The notes under the pieces were generated by a model. That model saw only the letters and a program-made list of their open reading frames with translations. It had not been told where the DNA came from and did no database searches. The translations under genes were made by a program, and so were the position numbers. 64,000 nucleotides of DNA from Candidatus Brockarchaeota archaeon (GTDB taxonomy: Archaea; Thermoproteota; EX4484-205; JAAOZO01): NCBI GenBank assembly GCA_017601145.1, contig JAFNIV010000002.1, positions 23,926 through 87,925 of the forward strand, read 5' to 3'. Positions within the stretch are counted from its first letter, which is position 1. The number at the start of each line of letters is the position of its first letter. This document shows, piece after piece, positions 37,523 through 47,873 of the stretch.

Positions 37523-39283
37523 ATGAAATTTAGTGAGTTTGCGAGTTATCTCCAAAAATTGGAATCTACAACAAAGAAACTTGAAATGGTCTCAATTTTA
37601 AAGGAGTTGTTTTCTAAGTTAGACGAAGACGAATTACCCTTAGCTTGTTACCTTTTACTCGGTAAATTAAGGCCTGATTATGAGCAGGTAGAACTTGGAA
37701 TAGCTGCAAGATTGCTACTCCGAAGTGTTGCAAAAGCAGCAAGCGTCTCAGAAACTATAGTTGAAAAAGAACTAAAAGAAAAAGGCGATTTAGGTGAAGC
37801 TGCATACGAACTTTTAAAAAATAAAAAATTAAAAAAATTAGTTTTCTCAAGAGAACTTACTATTAAAGATAGCTATGATACCCTACTTGACTTAGCTAGG
37901 ATGAGTGGGAAGAAATCGATAACTCAAAAAGTAGATGCTTTAGTTAGCTTACTTGTAGACTCTTCTCCACTAGAAGCAAAATACTTAGTAAGAATAACTT
38001 CGGGAGAACTAAGATTAGGTTTAGCAGACATGACTCTTCTAGATGCGCTTTCAGAAACTTTTCTTGGCTCAAGAGATCTTAGAGAAGAAGTAGAACGTGC
38101 ATACAACGTTTATCCTGATATTGGGTTCATAGCTCTAGTTGTGAAAAAACATAAGCTTGAAGGACTAAAACAAGTAAAGATTACACTTGGCGTTCCAATA
38201 AGGATGGCACTTGCAGAAAGATTATCCTCAGCTGAAGAGATAATAGAAAAAGTCGGTGTACCATGCGCCGCAGAATATAAATATGATGGCGAAAGAATTC
38301 AAGCCCATAAGAAAGGGAATGAAATATTACTTTACTCTAGAAGGTTAGAAAACATAACTCATCAGTACCCTGACGTTGTTGAATTAATTTCTAAAAATAC
38401 GGTTGCAAAAGAGTTAATCATAGAAATGGAGTGTATTGCTATAGATCCTGACACGTTAGAAATAAGGCCCTTTCAAGAGTTAATGCAAAGAAGAAGAAAA
38501 TATGATATAGAAAAAGTTTCCAAAGAAATTCCAGTCGCTTTAAGAATATTCGACATACTTTATGTTGATGGTGAGCCACTTTTGAATTTACCCTACATAA
38601 AAAGGAGAGAAATACTTAGTCATCAAATAATTGAAAATGATTTTGCAAAGCTATCCGAAATGAAAATTGTAAATAATCCAAAGGAACTTGAAGATTTTTT
38701 CCAGAAGGCAGTTGATGATGGTATGGAAGGTGTAATGGTTAAAATGATAAACTCAGACTATCAGGCTGGCGCTAGATCCTACAGATGGGTTAAATTAAAG
38801 AAAGAGTACAAATCAGAACTAACAGATACTCTCGATCTTGTTATAGTTGGTGCTTATAGAGGAATGGGGAAGCGATCTAAATTTAAGTATGGGTCATTTT
38901 TAATGTCTGTTTATGATAATAAAAACGACGTTTTTAAGACAATTTGTAAAGTTGGAACTGGATTTACAGAAGATGACTTAGCGAGACTTGAGAAGGTACT
39001 TGAACCATATGTTCGTAAAGAAAAGCATCCTAGAGTAGTTTCAAATATGGAGGCTGATTTCTGGTTCATTCCAAAGGTAGTTCTTGAAATAATAGGTGCA
39101 GAAATAACACTAAGTCCGGTTCATACTACTTCTTTAAATAAATTTAAGAAAAATGCTGGTTTAGCTATAAGATTTCCAAGATTTACTGGAAGACTCAGAG
39201 AAGATAAAGAAGCAGAACAGGCTACAACCGAAGAAGAGTTAGAAAAAATGTACCAAGAGAAGCTAAAGAAAGTTGAGGAATAA
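37523..39283 (+). CDS. lig: ATP-dependent DNA ligase
   Basis: 586 aa; adenylation motif I AAEYKYDGERIQAHK plus the remaining ligase motifs and OB domain. Confidence 0.9.
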   Translation: MKFSEFASYLQKLESTTKKLEMVSILKELFSKLDEDELPLACYLLLGKLRPDYEQVELGIAARLLLRSVAKAASVSETIVEKELKEKGDLGEAAYELLKNKKLKKLVFSRELTIKDSYDTLLDLARMSGKKSITQKVDALVSLLVDSSPLEAKYLVRITSGELRLGLADMTLLDALSETFLGSRDLREEVERAYNVYPDIGFIALVVKKHKLEGLKQVKITLGVPIRMALAERLSSAEEIIEKVGVPCAAEYKYDGERIQAHKKGNEILLYSRRLENITHQYPDVVELISKNTVAKELIIEMECIAIDPDTLEIRPFQELMQRRRKYDIEKVSKEIPVALRIFDILYVDGEPLLNLPYIKRREILSHQIIENDFAKLSEMKIVNNPKELEDFFQKAVDDGMEGVMVKMINSDYQAGARSYRWVKLKKEYKSELTDTLDLVIVGAYRGMGKRSKFKYGSFLMSVYDNKNDVFKTICKVGTGFTEDDLARLEKVLEPYVRKEKHPRVVSNMEADFWFIPKVVLEIIGAEITLSPVHTTSLNKFKKNAGLAIRFPRFTGRLREDKEAEQATTEEELEKMYQEKLKKVEE

Positions 39284-39287
39284 AGAG

Positions 39288-39644
39288 ATGCAGGAAAGTG
39301 TTTTCGAAAAACAACTTGAACTTACTGTAAATAGTATAGAGCGCGCTTATGCGGCGCTACGTAGTAATGGTTTGCATAAACGTTTTAGAAGTATTAAAGT
39401 GATTTTGTTTAGACTAAACTATTTTAAGCTTGAAATACAAAACTATGTCTTAGTAAGGCCCAAGACTATGGCTGGAGATAAATTAGTTGAACTAACGCAA
39501 AAAATGGTAAAACTAAGTGAAAAAGTACTTCTTTATAGTTTAAATGGTAACTATGATAAAATACCTCCTACTTTAGATGAACTTTATGAATTACTGAACG
39601 AAATTGAAAATTTAGTAGCCTGCACTAGTTCAGAATCGACTTAA
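39288..39644 (+). CDS. hypothetical protein
   Basis: 118 aa from ATG 39288 (the ORF-track start at 39273 is TTG, overlapping the ligase end). Confidence 0.35.
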   Translation: MQESVFEKQLELTVNSIERAYAALRSNGLHKRFRSIKVILFRLNYFKLEIQNYVLVRPKTMAGDKLVELTQKMVKLSEKVLLYSLNGNYDKIPPTLDELYELLNEIENLVACTSSEST

Positions 39645-39903
39645 GTTTATACTTAAATCGTCTCATTAACTTATGAGCAATCTCATGCTAATCGTCGTGG
39701 TAGCCAAAAAATACTCAGACAGCTGCTGCGCTACATCTAGAATAAAATGAAGGAATAGCCTATTCGCCTGCTGAAATGAAATTTGTTGTAAAAATACTCA
39801 AGCTTCATAATTAAAGCAGAATTTTCACCTTACCACTAGAAAGTGGTAGCTCACTTAAAAAGAATAGTTTTAATACTATTCTTATCTTCATTTACGTAGC
39901 AAA

Positions 39904-40731
39904 ATGGGTAATACTCTTAAAACTTTGCTTTATGATTCTTTTTTTAAGCTAATCAGAAAACTGACACATTTAAACTTAGTTACAAAGCTGTATGAAGAAG
40001 AACTAAAGAGCCAGATAAAGAATGGGCCATTACCACAGCACATAGCGCTAATACTTGATGGTAATAGAAGATGGTCCGCTAAGCAAGGAGTTGATTTAAG
40101 AACTGGTTACCTTGTAGGTGCTGAAAAATTACGGGATGTCTTAAATTGGATTTATGATCTGAAAATAAGGGTAGTTACAATATATGCTTTATCAACTGAA
40201 AATTTTAAAAGATCGAATGAAGAAATCGAGCTTCTTCTTTCCTTGTTTTATGAAAAATTACTAGAAATCTCAAGCTCAAATGAATTTAACAAATACAATG
40301 TCAAAGTAAAATTTATCGGAAGAAAAAACCTTCTTCCAAGTAATCTTGTTAAGTTGATGGAAAAACTTGAACGAGATACACAAAGAAATAATGACTTTGT
40401 ATTGAACATTGCTATTGGATATGGTGGAAGGCAAGAAATTATTGATGCAATAAAAAAGATTGTAGTGTCTTTTTCAGAAAATAGGATAAAATTGGATGAC
40501 ATTAATGAGCAACTCGTTGAAAGATATCTTTATACTTCTCATTTAAGTTATCCCGATCCAGATCTGATTATAAGAACTTCTGGAGAGTTTAGAGCTAGTA
40601 ACTTCCTTATTTGGCAAAGTGCTTATAGTGAATTCTTCATAACTGATGTTTTATGGCCTGATTTTAGAAAGATTGATCTTTATCGTGCAATTAGGTCTTT
40701 TCAAGGAAGGAAACGCCGATATGGTGCTTAA
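39904..40731 (+). CDS. uppS: cis-prenyltransferase (undecaprenyl/dolichyl diphosphate synthase family)
   Basis: HIALILDGNRRW substrate-binding motif and RTSGE...LIWQ block. Confidence 0.85.
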   Translation: MGNTLKTLLYDSFFKLIRKLTHLNLVTKLYEEELKSQIKNGPLPQHIALILDGNRRWSAKQGVDLRTGYLVGAEKLRDVLNWIYDLKIRVVTIYALSTENFKRSNEEIELLLSLFYEKLLEISSSNEFNKYNVKVKFIGRKNLLPSNLVKLMEKLERDTQRNNDFVLNIAIGYGGRQEIIDAIKKIVVSFSENRIKLDDINEQLVERYLYTSHLSYPDPDLIIRTSGEFRASNFLIWQSAYSEFFITDVLWPDFRKIDLYRAIRSFQGRKRRYGA

Positions 40732-40735
40732 TATT

Positions 40736-41785
40736 TTAAGTTAATATTCTGTACCCTTTATTTTCTACAAGGATTGTGTCTTCCCATCTAGCTCCTCCAA
40801 AACCCCTTATGTAAATTCCAGGTTCTATAGTTACAACATTCCCTGCTTCTAAAATTTCCTCATTCTTTGAATTCACGGTTGGTTCTTCATGTATATCCAA
40901 ACCAACACCATGCCCAAGACCATGTAACACAAAATCTTTCATTCCAGCTTTTTCAATTATAATATCTGCTTCTTTACTAACTTCTGATATTTTTATTCCA
41001 GCTTGAATTTTTCTAATTGCTGCATCATGTGCTTCGATTACAGTTTCTAAAATTCTTCTTTTATGTTCATCACCTTTTTCAACCAGAACAGTTCTAGTTA
41101 TATCCGACTTGTATCCTTGAATTTCCACACCCATGTCTATAACAACTAATTCATTTTCGTTTATTTTTTTGTCTGTTGGTTTTCCATGTGGTATTGCACT
41201 CCTATTCCCAGAAGCGACAAGTATTTCAAAGGCTTTTTCATCAGATTCTTCAACTATTCTTTTTTCTATAGTTTTTGCTAGATCTCGTTCCGTTACTCCA
41301 GGCTTAACACTTTCTATTACTTCATCAATTATCTTCCTTGCTATGATGCAACTTTTGCTTATCATCTCAATTTCTGTCTCATCTTTTACTCTCCTTAGTT
41401 TTTCTATAAATTTGTTACCGATTTTAAGCAGTAGGTGTTTATTTTTTATAATATTTGAAATAACCGTTTCCACATCTTCATCCACCTCCAAATACTTTGC
41501 ATCTTTTATGTCATCTAAAAATATCTGGAATGGTCCTTTACCCTCATTCCCCGTCTCTATGTTTATTTCATCAAAAGTTTTTTCAAACTCGAAAAAATCA
41601 AGCTTAGAGCCGTATACTTTTAGTTCTCCTGATCGCCTAATCAGTAAGATGGCAGTCCCAATTGGTCTCAATCCTGTTAAGTAGTATAAATTGCTTTTTT
41701 TCTCGACAATCAAAGCATCAATTCCTGTTTGTTCAATTAGCTTTAAAACCTTATTGTGTCTTTTCTTCAGAATTTCCACTTTCAT
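40736..41785 (-). CDS. M24-family Xaa-Pro aminopeptidase/dipeptidase
   Basis: HGLGHGVGLDIHE metal-binding motif; pita-bread fold. Confidence 0.8.
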   Translation of the reverse strand: MKVEILKKRHNKVLKLIEQTGIDALIVEKKSNLYYLTGLRPIGTAILLIRRSGELKVYGSKLDFFEFEKTFDEINIETGNEGKGPFQIFLDDIKDAKYLEVDEDVETVISNIIKNKHLLLKIGNKFIEKLRRVKDETEIEMISKSCIIARKIIDEVIESVKPGVTERDLAKTIEKRIVEESDEKAFEILVASGNRSAIPHGKPTDKKINENELVVIDMGVEIQGYKSDITRTVLVEKGDEHKRRILETVIEAHDAAIRKIQAGIKISEVSKEADIIIEKAGMKDFVLHGLGHGVGLDIHEEPTVNSKNEEILEAGNVVTIEPGIYIRGFGGARWEDTILVENKGYRILT

Positions 41786-42299
41786 TCTTAAGCTCTTTCT
41801 TAATTTTTGCCTTTTTTATATTTTCTTCTCCTATAAGTGAAGTAAATCTTTCAGTCGTTTTTAAAACAGAAGTTTTTCCAGTCTTTTCGGCCTTCACGTA
41901 ACCTTGTCTAATTAATTCCTTTATATGCTTATAAGCATGTTTACCTCTTATTTCAACAACTTTTGACTTCATGATAGGTTGTTCTATTGCTATTAATGAA
42001 AGCGTTTTTAAAGCTGCTCTAGATATATCCAATCCTGGTGCAAACTTTCTCGCTATTTTTGAATATTCTTTTCTAACTTGCATAACGTACTGGTTTTGAA
42101 AGTAAAAAATCTCAAGTCCACTTTTTCTATAGTTATATTCTTCTTTTAGTTTATCTAAAGCATTTTTCAATTCTTGTTCATCTGTCTTTAAGACTGTTTT
42201 TAATTCGTCAATACTTATTGGTCTTCCAGACGAAAAAAGTATAGCTTCTAAAGTTGATTTTAGTTTTTCTGGATCGAATCGTTTTCTCTTGTGATCCAT
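41751..42299 (-). CDS. scpB: segregation and condensation protein B
   Basis: 182 aa with tandem winged helices (LEAILFSSGRPISIDEL); in an operon with scpA and smc. Confidence 0.7.
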   Translation of the reverse strand: MDHKRKRFDPEKLKSTLEAILFSSGRPISIDELKTVLKTDEQELKNALDKLKEEYNYRKSGLEIFYFQNQYVMQVRKEYSKIARKFAPGLDISRAALKTLSLIAIEQPIMKSKVVEIRGKHAYKHIKELIRQGYVKAEKTGKTSVLKTTERFTSLIGEENIKKAKIKKELKNESGNSEEKTQ

Positions 42300-42967
42300 A
42301 CTAACTCGCCTTCATATACAATTTCAAAGTTAGAATCACTTAGTATGAACAAGATTGCGATAAAGTTTCTTATGGTCTCGCCCCATTTTTCGTCCCATAT
42401 TATATCAGTTAGTAAAACTCTTCGACTATTGATTAGCATTTCCTCTATTTTACTTCTTAACATTTCTATTCTGCCTTGTATACTTTCTAAGAATTCATCT
42501 TTTACTATAAGCTCATATTCTATTCCTGTTTCGTTTTCTTGTACTATAGTAGGTCTTTCTCTTAACACTTGATTAACAACTTTTATTAGCAAAGAAAAAA
42601 CTTCATTCGAGTTAGGAGCAGGATGTTTTATCCTTATTGGTATTTCTGACATCAGATTTAATAGGTTTCCATCAATTGCATTTGTGTTATAAGTTTCATT
42701 CTTTTGTTCCTCATTCTTTTTAGGCTCTTCTAATTCAAGTAGCTCTTCAGTTTTTCTTCTATATATTATTGCTGCTGATAATAGTGCCACTCCAAACATC
42801 TCAAAATCTAGCTTTCCTTTTTCTCTAATTTCTTTAATAATTCCCTTTATAGCGCTAGCAATATCCAAACTCCAAACTTTTACCTTGTTTATCCTTAAAA
42901 CATCAAAAAGCACGCTGAATGCACTACTCAAATAATTTTTTGATGTTTGTTCTTCTTTTGTTTCCAT
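42260..42967 (-). CDS. scpA: segregation and condensation protein A (kleisin)
   Basis: 235 aa; the gene starts exactly where smc ends (42967 shared) and overlaps scpB. Confidence 0.65.
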   Translation of the reverse strand: METKEEQTSKNYLSSAFSVLFDVLRINKVKVWSLDIASAIKGIIKEIREKGKLDFEMFGVALLSAAIIYRRKTEELLELEEPKKNEEQKNETYNTNAIDGNLLNLMSEIPIRIKHPAPNSNEVFSLLIKVVNQVLRERPTIVQENETGIEYELIVKDEFLESIQGRIEMLRSKIEEMLINSRRVLLTDIIWDEKWGETIRNFIAILFILSDSNFEIVYEGELVWITRENDSIQKN

Positions 42968-45900
42968 TACTGATTCCTCCTTTTATTTAATATTTGTTGT
43001 GTATCTAAGATCCTTGTTTTCCCATTTCGCATAAATACTCCTACTACTTTATCGGCTTTGGAAGCTACTAAGTCCTTTAAGGAAATAACAATGTACTGTG
43101 AATCTTTTGATCTTAACTGAAGTAATTTCGCATAGTTCTGTACATTTACTGGATCTAAGTGCGCATCTATTTCATCAAACAAGTAAAATGGTGCTGGTTT
43201 TAGATGTTGCAATGCAAATATAAAACATAGGGATGCTACCGATTTTTCTCCTCCACTACACCCATAAACAGGTCTTGGATACTTATTTTGGAAATGAACT
43301 ATTATGTTCACCCCGCCCTTGAAGGGTTCCTCTTTGTTTTCTATTTCAAGCCAAGCACTTCCCCCAACCATTAAATTAAAATATTTATTAAATGCTTCAT
43401 TTATAGAGTCTAGAGCTTCAAGAAATGCTGCCTTCTTTTTACTTTCTATTTCGTTTATGAAGTCTATTATGCTCTTTTTTTCTTCTTCAAGCTTATTTAG
43501 TCTTTCAACAACTAAGACATAGTTCTCTGATTGTTCCTTGTATTGCGTATCTGCTAACATGTTTACTTCTAACATTTTTTTGTATTCTTCGTTAACCAAT
43601 GCTGCGATTTCATCAGAAACCTCTACTTTTTCTTCAAACGTTCCTATGCTTGCTGTACTTTCATTTAGCTTAAGTTCTAGCATCTGTATCTCTAGACTTA
43701 CTTGCTGGAGTACCTTTTCTTTCTCTTGTACGATTGAGCTTATCTCTTTATGCTTATTTTCTAACTTTTCTATTTCTTCTTTTAGTAGACTTATTTCTCT
43801 TACTATATCTTCATTCCTTACACTTGTATTTTTATCAATTTCTTTTTCTAATTCTAGTTTTTGTTTATCCATTAATTCAATGTCTTCTATTATACTTTTC
43901 ATTCTGCTTGTTACTGCAGTCTGAGCCTTTATTTTATCTCTTAGCACACCTTTTTCTTTTAGTATCTCTTCCTTTATCTTGTTCTTTAATTTAAAGATAT
44001 TTTTAACATTTATTTCTAAGTTGTTTAAACTCTTTATTATGCTTTTCCTTTCATTCTCTAAACTCAAAGCATTGTTATTTATATTTTCGTAGGATTGTTG
44101 TAATGTCTTTAATTGTTCTTTCAAAATTGTTATTTTTTTCCTAACTTGCTTTCTACTCTTCAAGATTCTTAAATACTTTTTTCTTAACTCATTTCTCTCT
44201 CTAGTCAGTGTTATAGTTTTGTTTGTTATTTTGAGAATTTCATTTTTTGTCTTGTCTAACTCTTCTTGTAGTTTCCATATTGAGCTTCTTGTCTTATTCT
44301 CGTTATCCAATGTTTGATTAATTTTCTTTTTAATTTCTTCAATGTCCTTTTTTAATTTTATGATTTTATTCTCAATTCCTGTTAGCTCTTTTTCTTCTCT
44401 TGCTACTTCAACGCTTGATAGTGATATCTCTTCTCTTTTAAGGTCCTTCAGTTTGTAAGTGTTTTGTAGTAACTCTATTTCAAGCTTTTTCGGATCTTTC
44501 CTTTTTAGTCCAATTTGAGAAAATACTCCTCTTGCAATCTTAATATTCCCACTTACGATTGTGTTCTCCTTACTTTCTCTAGAGTATTCTATTCCTACTT
44601 TCCCAATTACTTTTTTTAAACTCTCCTTTACTCCTGGAATCTTAAATTCTATTTTTTCCAAAACACTACTTTCGTTGTTTTGACTTTCTACATCTTTGCT
44701 ACTTGCTTGCTTTATCAAGCAAATTCCACTTATTCCTAATTGTTCAAGTACCTTACTAACAAGATATATATCTTCGTTTTCGCCAATTACTATAGCCTCC
44801 ATAAAATCTTCAAGCGCAAGGTTAACTTCTTTAGAAAGTTCAACAGGATATGAAATAAGGTCTCTCACCACTCCCTTTGAGTCTATGCCTGCTTTTTTCA
44901 TTATTTCTGATAACTCTCTAGCTCTCTCTTCATACTTCTTTAAAGCTGTAAGCTCACCTACTTTTAAGCTTATATTTTTTTCTACTTTTTCTTTTAATTC
45001 TTCTATGTTTTTATGAATTTTTTTTAACTCTTCTATTCTATTAACTTTCGCTCTTACAATTTTCCTTATTTCTCTTAGTTCTGCTAATTTTCTGTCTAGT
45101 CTAGTTTTTAATTTAGCTTCTTCTTTTTGCTCCTTTTTTAATTTTAAGTTAAGCATCTTAATGCTTCTTTCTATCTTATTCTTCATTTTCCTTAAGGCTC
45201 TAACTTTAATTACATTTTCTTTAAGTTCTTCTTCTTTAATTTTAGCATTTCTTTTGTAGTTTTCTAGTTCTTTACTTAATGTATCCTCTTTTGTTGTATT
45301 GTTTTCAAGATAGGTGCCCAGTTTTGCTATTCTCTTTTGTTTAACTAAAAGTTCGTTTTTATTCAGTTTAAGCTTCTCTTTTACTTTATCGTACTTCCTC
45401 TTTTTATTTTTCATTCTTTTTATTAGTCTCCTAGCTTTTTCTTTAACCATGTGTAACTCTTTTTTCTTTTCTGTTAAATATGCCTCACTTTTTTCAATTT
45501 CCTGCTTTATTCTACTCTCTTGAAGTTTTAACTCGTTTACTTCATTATTACTTTTTGCAATCTTGGAGTCTATTTCTCTTAGCTTTAAAACCATTTCATT
45601 TAAAACATTATCTCTTTTTTCACTTATATATCTAGATACAATATCGTCATATTGCTTCTTTTTTATTGAATAAACTTCTTCTATCTTCTCCATTTCTTCT
45701 GTTATTTTCTTTACTTGTTCCTCGACTTCTTTTTTTATGTTCAGTTTTTTCTCAATTTCTTTCTTTACCATTATTGCCTGAAGTTTTTGCATTATGTTCT
45801 CCAAACTCTTCTTTGCTGTTTTTTTATTCATCTCTTCTTCAAGTTGCAAAAGTCTATTCTTCACTTCCTCCAATTTACTCATTGCTATCTTTAGGTTTAC

Positions 45901-46929
45901 TTCAGCTTCCTTTAGCTCTTCTTCAGCTTCAGCTTTTTTCTCATCATAACTAGCTAACCCAATAGATTCTTCTATTATTTTCCTTATTTCTTCTGGTGTT
46001 CGTTCAGACATTCTAGATATTTCTCCTTGCATAACTATGTTGTACCCTCTTACATATAGCCCTGCCATACTTAGTAGGTTCTGTACTGTAACTTTTGTGG
46101 CTCTTTTTCTGTTTACGTAGTACACTGATTCCCCATTTTTATCCAAGTATCTACTGATTACAACTTCTTTTTCATCTAATGGGATTCTTTTATCAGAATT
46201 GTCTAAGTATATTCTTCCATAAATTCTTGTCTCTTTTTCCCTAATACTGTCTGAAAACAAGTTCGCCATCTTATCTACTCTTAGTAGTTTTGCATTATTT
46301 TCTCCAAGGACAAATTTCACAGCATCTATTAAGTTGCTGTTATGTACAACTATTCCATACTTTCCTATTAAGTAATTATGTTGCTGGGGTAAATAAATAT
46401 CATATACCTCTCCTAAATACTTTACTGTTTTTATTTCATAAATTTTTTCCCAGTTTATTTTTAATTCTCCAAAGCTAAGTATTCTCTCCCCTATGCTTAA
46501 ATCCTTTGCGTTTTTCCATCCACGTTTACTTAAAACTTTATGTTCTGGAGTAACTTTTATCTTGCTTCCATTTTCACCTATTATTTCTAGTATTATGCCA
46601 TTATACTTCTTTCTCATTATTGCTAATGGTTTATCGAAAATAAGTTTGGATTGTCTTTCTTCTAGGGAAGGTAATGCTGGTAATTCTGAAGAAATTAGGT
46701 ATTCTGCTTCATTTGTTGTTAAAAGGACATTCCTTCCTTCTTCATATTTTTTCTTAAAGAATCTCCCTACTTCAATTTCTTCTTCAAACAGAAAAATTTT
46801 TTGTTCTCCTACTATACATTTTCCCGATCCATTAGGTCCTGTTATAACGTTTAGACCCTTATCAAAACTAATCACAACTTTGTCAGAAAATGACTTAAAT
46901 CCTTTTATTTCTATTTTTTTTAGGTACAT
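42967..46929 (-). CDS. smc: chromosome segregation ATPase SMC (intein-containing precursor)
   Basis: 1320 aa: N-terminal Walker A GPNGSGK interrupted by an intein, long coiled coils, hinge, C-terminal LSGGEKSVASL signature and Walker B LFDEID. Confidence 0.9.
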   Translation of the reverse strand: MYLKKIEIKGFKSFSDKVVISFDKGLNVITGPNGSGKCIVGEQKIFLFEEEIEVGRFFKKKYEEGRNVLLTTNEAEYLISSELPALPSLEERQSKLIFDKPLAIMRKKYNGIILEIIGENGSKIKVTPEHKVLSKRGWKNAKDLSIGERILSFGELKINWEKIYEIKTVKYLGEVYDIYLPQQHNYLIGKYGIVVHNSNLIDAVKFVLGENNAKLLRVDKMANLFSDSIREKETRIYGRIYLDNSDKRIPLDEKEVVISRYLDKNGESVYYVNRKRATKVTVQNLLSMAGLYVRGYNIVMQGEISRMSERTPEEIRKIIEESIGLASYDEKKAEAEEELKEAEVNLKIAMSKLEEVKNRLLQLEEEMNKKTAKKSLENIMQKLQAIMVKKEIEKKLNIKKEVEEQVKKITEEMEKIEEVYSIKKKQYDDIVSRYISEKRDNVLNEMVLKLREIDSKIAKSNNEVNELKLQESRIKQEIEKSEAYLTEKKKELHMVKEKARRLIKRMKNKKRKYDKVKEKLKLNKNELLVKQKRIAKLGTYLENNTTKEDTLSKELENYKRNAKIKEEELKENVIKVRALRKMKNKIERSIKMLNLKLKKEQKEEAKLKTRLDRKLAELREIRKIVRAKVNRIEELKKIHKNIEELKEKVEKNISLKVGELTALKKYEERARELSEIMKKAGIDSKGVVRDLISYPVELSKEVNLALEDFMEAIVIGENEDIYLVSKVLEQLGISGICLIKQASSKDVESQNNESSVLEKIEFKIPGVKESLKKVIGKVGIEYSRESKENTIVSGNIKIARGVFSQIGLKRKDPKKLEIELLQNTYKLKDLKREEISLSSVEVAREEKELTGIENKIIKLKKDIEEIKKKINQTLDNENKTRSSIWKLQEELDKTKNEILKITNKTITLTRERNELRKKYLRILKSRKQVRKKITILKEQLKTLQQSYENINNNALSLENERKSIIKSLNNLEINVKNIFKLKNKIKEEILKEKGVLRDKIKAQTAVTSRMKSIIEDIELMDKQKLELEKEIDKNTSVRNEDIVREISLLKEEIEKLENKHKEISSIVQEKEKVLQQVSLEIQMLELKLNESTASIGTFEEKVEVSDEIAALVNEEYKKMLEVNMLADTQYKEQSENYVLVVERLNKLEEEKKSIIDFINEIESKKKAAFLEALDSINEAFNKYFNLMVGGSAWLEIENKEEPFKGGVNIIVHFQNKYPRPVYGCSGGEKSVASLCFIFALQHLKPAPFYLFDEIDAHLDPVNVQNYAKLLQLRSKDSQYIVISLKDLVASKADKVVGVFMRNGKTRILDTQQILNKRRNQ
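46339..46818 (-). mobile_element. 160-aa mini-intein inserted in the SMC Walker-A P-loop (GPNGSGK | S)
   Basis: Begins CIVGEQ (block A Cys1), block B TPEH, block F/G YDIYLPQQHNYLIGKYGIVVHN followed by +1 Ser; the extein resumes SNLIDAVKFVLGE, restoring the canonical GPNGSGKSN P-loop; no homing endonuclease domain. Confidence 0.85.
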
Positions 46930-47760
46930 TTAACTTAATTTTGTAAGATAGTTTTTTACTTTGCTCACCATATCCTTTGTGTTTTCTAATTCATCACCTT
47001 TTTTCTCATTTTCTATAGATAAAACTCCATCATAGTTAACTTTCTTTAATTCATTGAGGAACTCTATAAAGTTTGTTTCTCCCTCTCCAGGTCCAACACA
47101 AGTATACTTCTTTCCATTTATACTCAGAAATTCTGCTTCTTCTCCATTGCTCTTAAAGTCTTTTAAATGTACATGGTATATATACTTTCCAACAATCTTT
47201 ATCGCATTAATTGCGTTATCTCCTGAGAGTAAGAAGTTTCCCATATCAAAATTCAATCCAAGTGCCTTCGAGTTTACAGCTTTAACTATGTACTCTAGTT
47301 GTTTTCCTGTTCCATAAAGTTCACCATGGTTTTCAAGTGCAAGTTTAATTCCATGTTCATATGCATAATCAGCTCCTTCCTTTAGTCCCTCGATTATCAT
47401 TTTTATAGCATCTTCTCTTTTTATGTCTTCCTTTAGTTCTCCTCCAAATACTCTAACAACTGGAGCATTCAATTTTAAGGCAACGTTGACGCCTTCTATT
47501 ATCTTGGTTATCTGTTCTTTTCTTTTCTCATGACTGCTTTGAACTAAATCATTATCTATGTCATAAGCGGAAATCTTTAAGCCATTCTCATCTGATATTT
47601 TTTTAGCTAAATCAATTTCATCTTTGCTTTTCCAAAATACGTTTAAAAGCTCAATATAGCTTATGTTAAATTGTCTGACTAACTTAATGAAAGAAGGTAC
47701 ATCCAGTTTTCCTGAGTAAGCTGATCTGTGAAAACTCCACATACTTACTCCAACTTCCAT
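46930..47760 (-). CDS. sugar phosphate isomerase/epimerase (xylose isomerase-like TIM barrel)
   Basis: 276 aa; AP-endonuclease-2/xylose-isomerase-like barrel motifs (LENHG, HLKD). Confidence 0.65.
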   Translation of the reverse strand: MEVGVSMWSFHRSAYSGKLDVPSFIKLVRQFNISYIELLNVFWKSKDEIDLAKKISDENGLKISAYDIDNDLVQSSHEKRKEQITKIIEGVNVALKLNAPVVRVFGGELKEDIKREDAIKMIIEGLKEGADYAYEHGIKLALENHGELYGTGKQLEYIVKAVNSKALGLNFDMGNFLLSGDNAINAIKIVGKYIYHVHLKDFKSNGEEAEFLSINGKKYTCVGPGEGETNFIEFLNELKKVNYDGVLSIENEKKGDELENTKDMVSKVKNYLTKLS

Positions 47761-47873
47761 TTTTCTTGTAACGATAACTACTTTTAATAAATATAAAAGT
47801 CTATTGCTTTAGCTCACTTTGTTATCTCAGTAACTTTTATTTATACGTTAGAACCTAAGTTAGCGCATATTAA

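Noticed and set aside
43304-46933. Many 60-150-aa ORFs on the plus strand inside the smc locus (43304-43522, 43538-43924, 43734-43994, 44696-45016, 45314-45523, 45666-45953, 46290-46478, 46493-46933)
   Set aside because: Low-complexity S/L/F-rich antisense reading frames, the usual artefact of AT-rich K/E-rich coding sequence on the opposite strand; all are fully contained in the well-supported SMC gene
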